A stretch of 64,000 nucleotides of DNA from a virus (taxonomy: Duplodnaviria > Caudoviricetes), in IMG/VR virus record IMGVR_UViG_3300029305_001134, positions 36,080 through 100,079 of that record; one strand, 5' to 3'. Shown here in pieces: positions 56,169 through 64,000 of the stretch; the first letter of the stretch is position 1, and every line of letters begins with the position of its first letter. Position numbers and translations under genes: made by a program. The notes beneath the pieces were generated by a model. That model was not told where the DNA came from and did no database searches. It saw only the letters and a list, made by a program, of their open reading frames with translations.

Positions 56169-56861
56169 ATGTTTAAGAAAATTTTGAAAGGTTTAGCAAT
56201 TGTATTAGGTATAGGAGCGCTTGTGGATCTGACAGATATTTGTGGAAAAGCTGCGGCATATCATGCGATGAGTCTTCATAATAAGGAGGCCGTTGATGAT
56301 TTACTGGAGTATTTGGAAAACGATGAAAATCTGGAAGAAGAAGGGCTTTCTAAGGCTAAACAATATCGAGTAGGAATGGTTACAAAATGTACAAGATTCT
56401 TTATGGAAAATCGTTGATATTTGTGGGAAGAGCGTTTGGAGAAATCTGAGCGCTCTTTTGTTTTTCGCTAAAAAATCGTAGGCTATTATGAAACAAAATA
56501 AAAATTTTTAATAAAGAAAAGGAGACGAAATATGAGTAAAGTTAGAGAATTTTGGGGAGAACACAAGGTAGAAATCGCTATAGCGGCCGGAATCGGAATT
56601 AGTTTAGTTGTAGGCGGAGTCATTGGGTGGAAAGCATCTGGATATCTCAGACCTGGTAGTAAGACAACAGACATGTTTTTGAAGTCTGCAAGTCACGCAC
56701 ATCCGGGAATTTGGGCTAACGGATATGACATGAAGACCATTGAAAACGCGTATAAAACTACTGATTTAGGTAAATTTGGTGAGTTATTAATCGAACTTGG
56801 TGCTCCTACAGACCACAAATTCACACATATTTTAGCAATTGGACCGAAAATGGTTGAATAA
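56169..56861 (+). CDS. Two adjacent cassette membrane proteins (56169-56417, 56532-56861)
   Basis: Motifs at 56106 and 56464; RBSs; hairpins. Confidence 0.7.
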
Positions 56862-56946
56862 TTGGTTTTAAATCGAGAGGGCTTGAGTAGAAATACTCGG
56901 GCTCTTTTGTTTTAAAATATAGATTCGTAAAAAGAAAGGAGAATTT

Positions 56947-57246
56947 ATGGAAAGACACAGTAGAAACGGGGCTAGAAAACGTGGGAGACCGAGAGAGGAG
57001 GGAGCTAGACGTCATTATCTGAAGACTTTATGTAGTGATTCCGAAATTGATAAAATTAAAAGTGCTTCTAGAAAATATGGAGTTACTCAATCGGATATCA
57101 TTCGAAGAGGCATAGAAATGTATATTCGAGAATTGGAATCGAGTAACGCAGAACCTAATGAAGAATTTTTTGATTATGATTATTGGGATGAAGATTATTA
57201 TGAAGACCTAGAAGACGAGGAAAATGACGATGAAAACTGGAATTAA
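56947..57246 (+). CDS. AT-hook/RHH-like DNA-binding protein with acidic tail
   Basis: KRGRPR; GVTQSDIIRRGI; adjacent to the iteron region. Confidence 0.6.
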   Translation: MERHSRNGARKRGRPREEGARRHYLKTLCSDSEIDKIKSASRKYGVTQSDIIRRGIEMYIRELESSNAEPNEEFFDYDYWDEDYYEDLEDEENDDENWN

Positions 57247-57517
57247 CATGGTCATAGAAAATAATTTACATGGTCATAGAAAATAATTTACATGGTCATA
57301 ATAATTCGCGAAAATCGAGAAAAAGTAGCTAAAAATCGAGAAAAACGCTCATTTTTGGATGTATTTTACATGGTCATAATAATTAGTGAAAAAATATATA
57401 TTTAATATTACTATGTGATTGTTTTAACAAAAGTTAAAGAAATTAAAATTAAGTTAAAACAACCTATAGAGGATTTTTTTTTTATATTTTTTTTGAATTA
57501 ACATGGCCATAATAATT
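57246..57517. repeat. Iteron-like repeats with AT-rich tract (putative origin)
   Basis: ACATGG(T/C)CATA at 57246, 57268, 57290 (22-bp period), 57368 and 57501; AAAATCGAGAAAAA twice. Confidence 0.7.
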
Positions 57518-57546
57518 ACAAGATTAACAAATTAAAGGAGAAAGAG

Positions 57547-57843
57547 ATGAAAATGAATAATGCTGAAAAACGAATTAAAGAAAGTTTGAAAAACGAATCA
57601 AACAACGAAAACTTACGAATTAATGTGGAAAGAAACGAAGCAGGATGGCGACATGCATTCGCGAATAACTTAGCAAAAAACATGCATGATAAATACATAA
57701 GTCAGTCCGAACTATCGAATGTTACGGGGATATCGTCGGTAAGTTTGAGTAGATATATAAACGAACGAGCGACACCAAGCGGTTATAATCTTGAGAAAAT
57801 AGCAGATGCTTTAGGATGCGACATTACGGATCTTATTCGATAA
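57547..57843 (+). CDS. XRE HTH regulator
   Basis: ISQSELSNVTGISSVSLSRYIN..ATP. Confidence 0.85.
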   Translation: MKMNNAEKRIKESLKNESNNENLRINVERNEAGWRHAFANNLAKNMHDKYISQSELSNVTGISSVSLSRYINERATPSGYNLEKIADALGCDITDLIR

Positions 57844-57860
57844 AAGAAAGGAATGTGATT

Positions 57861-58325
57861 ATGAATTCTGTTATAAAAATGAATAATATGTGGGATTATG
57901 CTCTTACGGAATTCGGTATGCATTATCCACATTTAATAGATTCTGTCGTCGATTGGTATCCATGCGGACAAATGGAAATTACAATAAAATTATCAAATGG
58001 TAAAAAAATACTGTTCAAATGGATGGATAAAACATGTCGTAATTTATCGAATAGTGGGTCTACTATATGTGATATATATTCTCCTGACGAACATGATGAG
58101 AAGTATATTGATGAAGAAAAATGGCGTAAAAAATTCTCTGCGAAATTGAACGAAAAAATACTTGTTAATTGTATTTCACAAGAAGAATTATCAGAACGTA
58201 CTGGTATATCGCAAGTTATGATCAGTAAATATTTAAACGCAAAAGCAACTCCGAGTTTCTATCGCATTGAACAAATAGCACGAGTGTTAAAATGCTCAGT
58301 TTCGGAACTTGGAAATATTAGATAG
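57861..58325 (+). CDS. XRE HTH regulator
   Basis: ISQEELSERTGISQVMISKYLNAKATP. Confidence 0.85.
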   Translation: MNSVIKMNNMWDYALTEFGMHYPHLIDSVVDWYPCGQMEITIKLSNGKKILFKWMDKTCRNLSNSGSTICDIYSPDEHDEKYIDEEKWRKKFSAKLNEKILVNCISQEELSERTGISQVMISKYLNAKATPSFYRIEQIARVLKCSVSELGNIR

Positions 58326-58335
58326 AAAGGACTAA

Positions 58336-58827
58336 GTGATGGAAAGATGGAAAACATGTAGGGAATTCCCGAACTATGATGTTAGTGACCACGGGCGAAT
58401 TAGAAATAATAATACTGGGTATATTTTAAACCCGAGTCTCGATGCTAACGGTATTCAGCGAGTAACTTTATTATATAATGGTTTTAGAAAATATAAACAT
58501 GTACATAATCTAGTTGCCGAAGCATTTGTGCCTGGGGAAACCGAATATAGTATGGTCGTTCATAAAGATGATGATCAAACTAATTGTTATGCGAATAATC
58601 TGAAATGGGTTGAACGCGGAGAACGATATAGATATTTTTACGATAGCGGCAAGTGTAACAATAACCATTTTAAAAAGAGAGTAAGATGTGTTGAGACAGG
58701 AGAAATATTCGAATCTATTACTGAATGCTCAGAAATCACAGGACTTAATTATCGAGTGATTAGCAGATGCGTTAACAATCCGGTAACTCGTACGCGAGAT
58801 GGATTACACTTTAGATTCGTAGATTGA
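58336..58827 (+). CDS. NUMOD4-HNH endonuclease
   Basis: FPNYDVSDHGRIR; HNLVAEAF; HKDDDQTNCYANNLKW. Confidence 0.85.
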   Translation: MMERWKTCREFPNYDVSDHGRIRNNNTGYILNPSLDANGIQRVTLLYNGFRKYKHVHNLVAEAFVPGETEYSMVVHKDDDQTNCYANNLKWVERGERYRYFYDSGKCNNNHFKKRVRCVETGEIFESITECSEITGLNYRVISRCVNNPVTRTRDGLHFRFVD

Positions 58828-59021
58828 TATTTAAAAGATTAAAGAGGGTGCTGATTTTACAGGCTCTCTTTTTTTTTATCATTTCCTAATTATGGTTCCG
58901 TCTTTACCCGCTATTAGAACATGCTATTTTATGAGAGAAAGGTAGAAAGGTCAAATTTTGGCCTATATTTTACGTTTTCCTTTTCGTTTTTAGAAAATAC
59001 AACATAGAAAGGAGACCACAC

Positions 59022-59312
59022 ATGCTGGAAAGTAAATTTCAGGCGAAACTCATAAAAGAGCTAAAATATATATTTCCAGGCTGTATCGTGTTAAAAAACG
59101 ACAGCTCATGTTTGCAGGGTATACCGGACTTGCTTGTACTTTATAAAAACAAATGGTGTATGTTGGAAGTTAAGCAGAGTGCTAGAGCTTCACACAGACC
59201 AAACCAAGAATACTATGTAAACAAACTCGACGACATGTCCTTTGCTCGATTTGTTTATCCCGAGAATAAAGACGAGGTTCTAGACGAGTTAGATTTATAT
59301 TTTACTTATTGA
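59022..59312 (+). CDS. VRR-NUC nuclease
   Basis: GIPDL...LEVK...RPNQ. Confidence 0.85.
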   Translation: MLESKFQAKLIKELKYIFPGCIVLKNDSSCLQGIPDLLVLYKNKWCMLEVKQSARASHRPNQEYYVNKLDDMSFARFVYPENKDEVLDELDLYFTY

Positions 59313-59326
59313 AGGAGAACACACAT

Positions 59327-59884
59327 ATGAAATTCAACAACCATCACAATCTTGCTGGACTTCACGCTCCATTCAGTCCGAGTCAATCAAGCTGGCTCAG
59401 ATATGATGATGAAAAAGCGAGAGAAGTTTACAACAACAAAAAAGCTGCCGAATTGGGAACGAGATTACACGAATGGGCAGCCGAAACTATTAATCTTGGA
59501 ATTAAACAACCTAAATCCAAAAAGACCCTTTCCGCGTATGTGAACGATGCGATTGGTTTCAAGATGGATACAGAGGTTGTTTTGTTTTATTCTGAAAGAT
59601 TCTTTGGTACAGCCGATGCGATTTGTTATCGAGATGGTATCCTGCGAATTCACGATTTAAAAACAGGAAAGACTGCGGTAAAAATGGAACAGCTTATGGT
59701 TTACGTAGCTTTGTTCTGTCTCGAATATATGATCAAACCTGGCGAAATCAAACAGATCGAATTACGAATCTATCAGAATGACGAAATCTTATATCATAAT
59801 CCAGAAGCTGACGAAATAGCTCCTATTATGGATAAAATTATTCATTTAAATAAATTATTAGCAAAGATGGAAGAGGAGGTGTGA
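59327..59884 (+). CDS. PD-(D/E)XK (Cas4/RecB-like) exonuclease
   Basis: GTRLH, E, GTADAI, IHDLKTG, QLMVY. Confidence 0.8.
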   Translation: MKFNNHHNLAGLHAPFSPSQSSWLRYDDEKAREVYNNKKAAELGTRLHEWAAETINLGIKQPKSKKTLSAYVNDAIGFKMDTEVVLFYSERFFGTADAICYRDGILRIHDLKTGKTAVKMEQLMVYVALFCLEYMIKPGEIKQIELRIYQNDEILYHNPEADEIAPIMDKIIHLNKLLAKMEEEV

Positions 59885-59888
59885 GACT

Positions 59889-60584
59889 ATGAGAGATTAT
59901 TACGAAGATGAATATTATGACGAGTACGATAATTACGATGAATATTATCCGGAAGAATATGAAGATGACTATGATTATGAAGAAAGTCGTTTCTGTAAAC
60001 GTTGTGGATATCCTGTAAGAATGAATGAAGAACCAATCTTTGATGATTTTGAAGATCCAGAAGCTGGTGTATGGGCTACAATTCCCGATTTCCCTAACTA
60101 TGAAGTTAGTATTTACGGCGAAGTTAGAGAAAAAGATACTGGACGCATATTGCGCGGATATATAAACCCGGACGGTTATCACATGGTGTCGTTACGAGGA
60201 CAGCATCCAATATCGGTTCATCGACTGGTTGCGACAACATTTTATGGTAGACCTTCTGACCCGCGTATGCAAGTTAATCATATTAACTGTGTTAGAAATG
60301 ACAATAGAGTAATAAATCTCGAATGGGTTACACCTAGTAGAAATGTTAAATGGGCGGTAATGCGTGGAAATCTCGATTGGAAAAAGGGTTTACAACGAGC
60401 TACCGAAGTAAACAAACGCCCGGTAAGAATCGTTGAAACAGGACAAGTATTTGCTAGTCTCCAAGATTGCGCAAATTATTTAGGTGTCACAAGAGGGAAC
60501 GTTAGTCGAGTTCTTTCTGGGGAACGAAAAGGACAAAGACTACACGGTTATCATATAGAGTACGTTCGAGAGGAGGAAATGTGA
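59889..60584 (+). CDS. NUMOD4-HNH endonuclease with acidic N-terminus
   Basis: FPNYEVS; VHRLVA; VNHINCVRNDNRVINLEW. Confidence 0.88.
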   Translation: MRDYYEDEYYDEYDNYDEYYPEEYEDDYDYEESRFCKRCGYPVRMNEEPIFDDFEDPEAGVWATIPDFPNYEVSIYGEVREKDTGRILRGYINPDGYHMVSLRGQHPISVHRLVATTFYGRPSDPRMQVNHINCVRNDNRVINLEWVTPSRNVKWAVMRGNLDWKKGLQRATEVNKRPVRIVETGQVFASLQDCANYLGVTRGNVSRVLSGERKGQRLHGYHIEYVREEEM

Positions 60585-63500
60585 TGTTATCCGTAGCTGA
60601 TGAAATAGCTTTATTTTTAGATGGTGATTATTCCATCGACGAAGAACTCATTCATTACGGTATGAAATTCCGCAGTGGGAGGTATCCATATGGCAGTGGG
60701 GAAGATCCTTACCAGCACAGCCGAGACTTCCTCGGACGAATCGAAGAGCTTAAGAAATCCAATTTTACATACACAGACAAAGACGGTAAAACATGGACAG
60801 GTGATAACGCAATTGCTAAATCTATGGATCTCACGACAACCGAATATCGTAGACAGGTAAGTTGGGCGAATTATGAACGTCGTCTTCTTAATGTAGAAAC
60901 AGCCAAATCCTTACGAGAAGATGGTCTTGGTTATACTGAAATTGGTAGAAAAATGGGAATGCCGGAATCAACAATCCGTTCTCTGCTTAATCCAAAATCA
61001 GAAGACCGTATGCAGCAAGCTATGAATACAGTAGATTTCTTACGTAAACAGCTTGAAGAAAAAGGTATGATCGACGTAGGTACAGGTGTTGAGCGAGAGT
61101 TAAGAATCTCCAAAGAACGTCTTGATATGGCTCTCGATTATTTGGAGAAAGCTGAAGGATGTCCAGTTTATAAAGGCGGTGTTCCTCAGCCAACAAATCC
61201 AGGACAGCAGACAAACCAGAGAGTTCTTTGTTTACCTGGAACCAAACATAGCGAAATCTACGATTACGATAGAGTAAAAACCATCAACGATTATATTACA
61301 CGTGATGATGGTGTTACATACGAGAAGAAATTCAAATACCCAGAAAGCATGGATTCTAGTCGATTGATGATTCGTTATAAAGATGATGCTGGTCCTGACG
61401 GAATAACCGGTATTGAAAAAGACGGTATTATCGAGATCAGACCAGGTGTTGCAGACTTATCCTTAGGTGAATCCCGATATTCTCAGGTACGAATCTTAGT
61501 AGACGGCGATAGATATTTAAAAGGTATGGCTGTTTACTCTGACGACTTACCAGATGGTGTTGATGTTGTATTTAACACTAACAAAGGTAGAGATGTGGCG
61601 CCACGAGATGTAATGAAAGAAATTAAGAACGATCCAGATAATCCATTTGGTTCTGCGATTAAAGATGCTGATCAGGGCGGACAGTATTGGTATGACGCTG
61701 ACACTGGAAAACGTTGTAGCGCAACCGACCCGAATGTTAAAAACAAGAAACTCGGTCTTATCAATAAACGTGCCGACGAAGGTGACTGGTCTGAATGGGC
61801 TGACGCTTTACCTTCACAGTTCTTAGGTAAACAGAGTAGAGCTATGGCTAAGAAACAGCTTGATTTGGCTAGAAAAGATTCTCTTGCTGAATTTGAAGAA
61901 TATTGTAGTATCAACAACCCAACAATTAAGAAACATATGTTGGAGAAATTTGCGGATAGTTGTGATTCAGCAGCCGTAAATCTGAAAGCAGCTGCATTAC
62001 CAGGACAGAAGTATCACGTAATCATTCCGATTAATACTCTGAAAGAAACAGAAGTATATGCACCTAACTATGAAAATGGTAGCAAACTCGCTTTAATTCG
62101 TTACCCTCACGGTGGAACATTCGAGATTCCTATTTTAACAGTTAATAACAAAAACCCATTAGCGAATAAAATATTAGGAAGCGATGTTGGAGATGCCGTT
62201 GGTATCAATGCTAAAGTTGCGGAACGATTATCTGGAGCAGACTTCGATGGCGATACGGTTATGTGTATTCCTACGCATGATGCTGGTGGAAAGGTAAAGA
62301 TTACTTCTACTCATTCATTAAAAGGTCTTGAAGGATTCGATCCTAAGACTTCGTATGGTACAACTATGCAGCTCGATGAAGAAGGTAATAAACGTTATTA
62401 TCGTAACGGCCAGGAAATTAAAGTCATGAAGAATACTGGAACAGAGATGGGCAAAGTTTCAAATCTGATTACAGACATGACATTGGCTGGAGCTAAAGAA
62501 GATGAATTAGCGAGAGCTGTTAGACATTCCATGGTTGTTATCGATGCTGAGAAACATAAGCTGGACTATAAAGCTTCCGAAATTGAAAACGACATTGCTG
62601 CTCTTAAGAGAAAGTATCAGAAGAAAGTTGATGCTGATGGTAATATTGTAGGATATGGTGGGGCTGCTACGATTCTATCTCGTGCTAAAGGTGAAACATC
62701 CGTAGATAAACGACAGGGGTCATACAAGATTAACATGAAAGACTCCCCGGATTACGATCCAACTAAACCGGAGGGTGCTAAATTATGGAAGACCGCCGAT
62801 GATTTATACTACCCGGATAGGAAGTATGATAAGAAGACCGGTACCATGACATTACGTACCGCGGATGGTAAGAAGATAACCTACGATATCAAAGATAAGG
62901 ACGCCCATGAGAGGTATAACCCAGTAGAGGTGAAGGACCCGGTGACAGGCGAGGTATCCTATACCAACAAAGATGGTAGTATCTCCTATCGAGTTAGAAC
63001 CCGTACCCAGGAGAGTACTAAGATGGCGGAAACAGATGATGCATATACCCTGGTATCCGCAGCAAGACACCCTATGGAAGTATTATATGCAGACTATGCG
63101 AATGATATGAAGGCCCTTGGTAATAAGGCTCGTGTAGAGATGAAGACTACGGGTAAGATTGCATATAGCGCACAGGCTAAGGCTAAATATGCTGACGAAG
63201 TAAAGGCTCTTGAAGAAAAGCTTAATACCGCCCTCCTTAACACAACTAGGGAAAGGGCTGCTTTGCGTTTAGCTAATGCTGAGATTAACGAGGCTAAGAA
63301 ACTTAATCCAGACATGAAAGCAGAAGACATTAAGAAGAAGAGTCAAAGAGCAGTTACTAAATATAGAGCTGAAGTAGGTTCTGTTGCTAGACGTAATCGT
63401 AATATCGAAATTACAGACAAAGAATGGGAAGCTATTCAGGCTGGTGCTATTAGCGAGAATAAACTTAAACAGATTCTTAATAATACAGACATCGATAAGC

Positions 63501-63661
63501 TTAGAGAAAGAGCTACACCACGAATAACTACATCTTTATCAGCTACACAAGTAGCAAGAGCAAAAGCTATGGCTTCATCTAACTATACGTTGAATGACAT
63601 TGCTAAGAAGCTTGGTGTTTCTTCTACAACTGTAAGTAAATACTTGAAAGGAGTGAAATAA
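60581..63661 (+). CDS. Single-subunit two-barrel RNA polymerase (YonO/QDE-1-like) with N- and C-terminal HTH
   Basis: LIRYPH (RxP) and LSGADFDGD (62240-62254); GKVSNLIT and VIDAEK segments resemble RNAi RdRP/YonO; HTHs GLGYTEIGRKMG and TLNDIAKKLGVSSTTVSKYL. Confidence 0.78.
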   Translation: MMLSVADEIALFLDGDYSIDEELIHYGMKFRSGRYPYGSGEDPYQHSRDFLGRIEELKKSNFTYTDKDGKTWTGDNAIAKSMDLTTTEYRRQVSWANYERRLLNVETAKSLREDGLGYTEIGRKMGMPESTIRSLLNPKSEDRMQQAMNTVDFLRKQLEEKGMIDVGTGVERELRISKERLDMALDYLEKAEGCPVYKGGVPQPTNPGQQTNQRVLCLPGTKHSEIYDYDRVKTINDYITRDDGVTYEKKFKYPESMDSSRLMIRYKDDAGPDGITGIEKDGIIEIRPGVADLSLGESRYSQVRILVDGDRYLKGMAVYSDDLPDGVDVVFNTNKGRDVAPRDVMKEIKNDPDNPFGSAIKDADQGGQYWYDADTGKRCSATDPNVKNKKLGLINKRADEGDWSEWADALPSQFLGKQSRAMAKKQLDLARKDSLAEFEEYCSINNPTIKKHMLEKFADSCDSAAVNLKAAALPGQKYHVIIPINTLKETEVYAPNYENGSKLALIRYPHGGTFEIPILTVNNKNPLANKILGSDVGDAVGINAKVAERLSGADFDGDTVMCIPTHDAGGKVKITSTHSLKGLEGFDPKTSYGTTMQLDEEGNKRYYRNGQEIKVMKNTGTEMGKVSNLITDMTLAGAKEDELARAVRHSMVVIDAEKHKLDYKASEIENDIAALKRKYQKKVDADGNIVGYGGAATILSRAKGETSVDKRQGSYKINMKDSPDYDPTKPEGAKLWKTADDLYYPDRKYDKKTGTMTLRTADGKKITYDIKDKDAHERYNPVEVKDPVTGEVSYTNKDGSISYRVRTRTQESTKMAETDDAYTLVSAARHPMEVLYADYANDMKALGNKARVEMKTTGKIAYSAQAKAKYADEVKALEEKLNTALLNTTRERAALRLANAEINEAKKLNPDMKAEDIKKKSQRAVTKYRAEVGSVARRNRNIEITDKEWEAIQAGAISENKLKQILNNTDIDKLRERATPRITTSLSATQVARAKAMASSNYTLNDIAKKLGVSSTTVSKYLKGVK

Positions 63662-63664
63662 TCA

Positions 63665-63931
63665 ATGGAAAACAAACTGTTTATGTTGACAACAATTGAC
63701 AATCCTTTTGATCCATTTGAAGATTTTACTTCTTGGTTTTGCTTTGATGCTTCAAAAGGTTACAATTCTTGTGGAATACTTGCACGAATTCTTGATACAT
63801 TTGATGTTGAGTTCGATGAATTAACAGAAAAAGAAGAAAGTGCAGTGATTGAACAAGCAATTGATGCTTGGATTTCTGTAAATCCTTTTAATAATTATAA
63901 AAAAGCTACACGAATTGATAACGTAAACTAA
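63665..63931 (+). CDS. Phage protein downstream of the RNAP
   Basis: MLTTIDNPFDPF..F..W..FD..KGY; GAAAGGAG RBS. Confidence 0.75.
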   Translation: MENKLFMLTTIDNPFDPFEDFTSWFCFDASKGYNSCGILARILDTFDVEFDELTEKEESAVIEQAIDAWISVNPFNNYKKATRIDNVN

Positions 63932-63957
63932 TCAACGTATATCATGAGCTGGCAAAA

Positions 63958-63996
63958 GGGTATAGGGGGAGGTCTTTGAAAACACACCCCCTCCCC
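63958..63996. other. G/C-rich inverted repeat (possible terminator or packaging/terminus signal)
   Basis: GGGGGAGG...CCCCCTCCCC in an otherwise AT-rich genome. Confidence 0.45.
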
Positions 63997-64000
63997 AAAT

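Larger units (their letters stand above)
27657..58933 (+). promoter_or_regulatory. Dispersed copies of the TCGCG-N16-TTAT element (27657, 31191, 37139, 39196, 45142, 48350, 51228, 52844, 56106, 56464, 58908)
   Basis: Same spacing; all but 58908 open a single gene or RNA closed by a hairpin and embedded in otherwise tightly packed operons. Confidence 0.8.

Noticed and set aside
57305-57330. TTCGCGAAAAT as another promoter copy
   Set aside because: Lacks ACA and TTAT at the fixed spacing; lies within the iteron region
59327-59884. Cas4 as evidence of a CRISPR system
   Set aside because: Stand-alone phage PD-(D/E)XK nuclease; no cas1/cas2 or array
6000-64000. Minus-strand ORFs in the track beyond 5.6 kb
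   Set aside because: Mostly antisense shadows of + strand genes or RNAs, without evident RBS or motifs

Overview
AT-rich temperate Firmicutes (Clostridia/Lachnospiraceae-like) phage DNA, almost entirely + strand. Order: holin; a first array of tiny genes; a large serine integrase, XRE repressor and Cro-like switch; a second dense array of tiny genes; a replication block (SF3 helicase/primase/exonuclease, HNH, family B polymerase, SSB, SF2 helicase); nucleotide/RNA metabolism genes (ThyX-like, NrdG, MazG, RNA ligase, nicotinamidase-like); many short hypothetical ORFs; an iteron-like origin; and a 1026-aa DFDGD two-barrel RNA polymerase. The main unexplained structure is a ~27-bp element, (T)TCGC(G/T/A)-N16-TTAT(G/A), which I counted by eye about 40 times, always on the + strand. 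Almost every copy opens a self-contained unit ending in a G-U-rich hairpin plus a pyrimidine tract. Most units hold one small ORF, but five hold ORF-less RNAs whose 5' end, starting right after TTAT, base-pairs with their 3' end. My best inference is a phage-RNAP promoter driving a modular, possibly mobile cassette library of small proteins and sRNAs. Family assignments come from motif recognition only; no searches were run.
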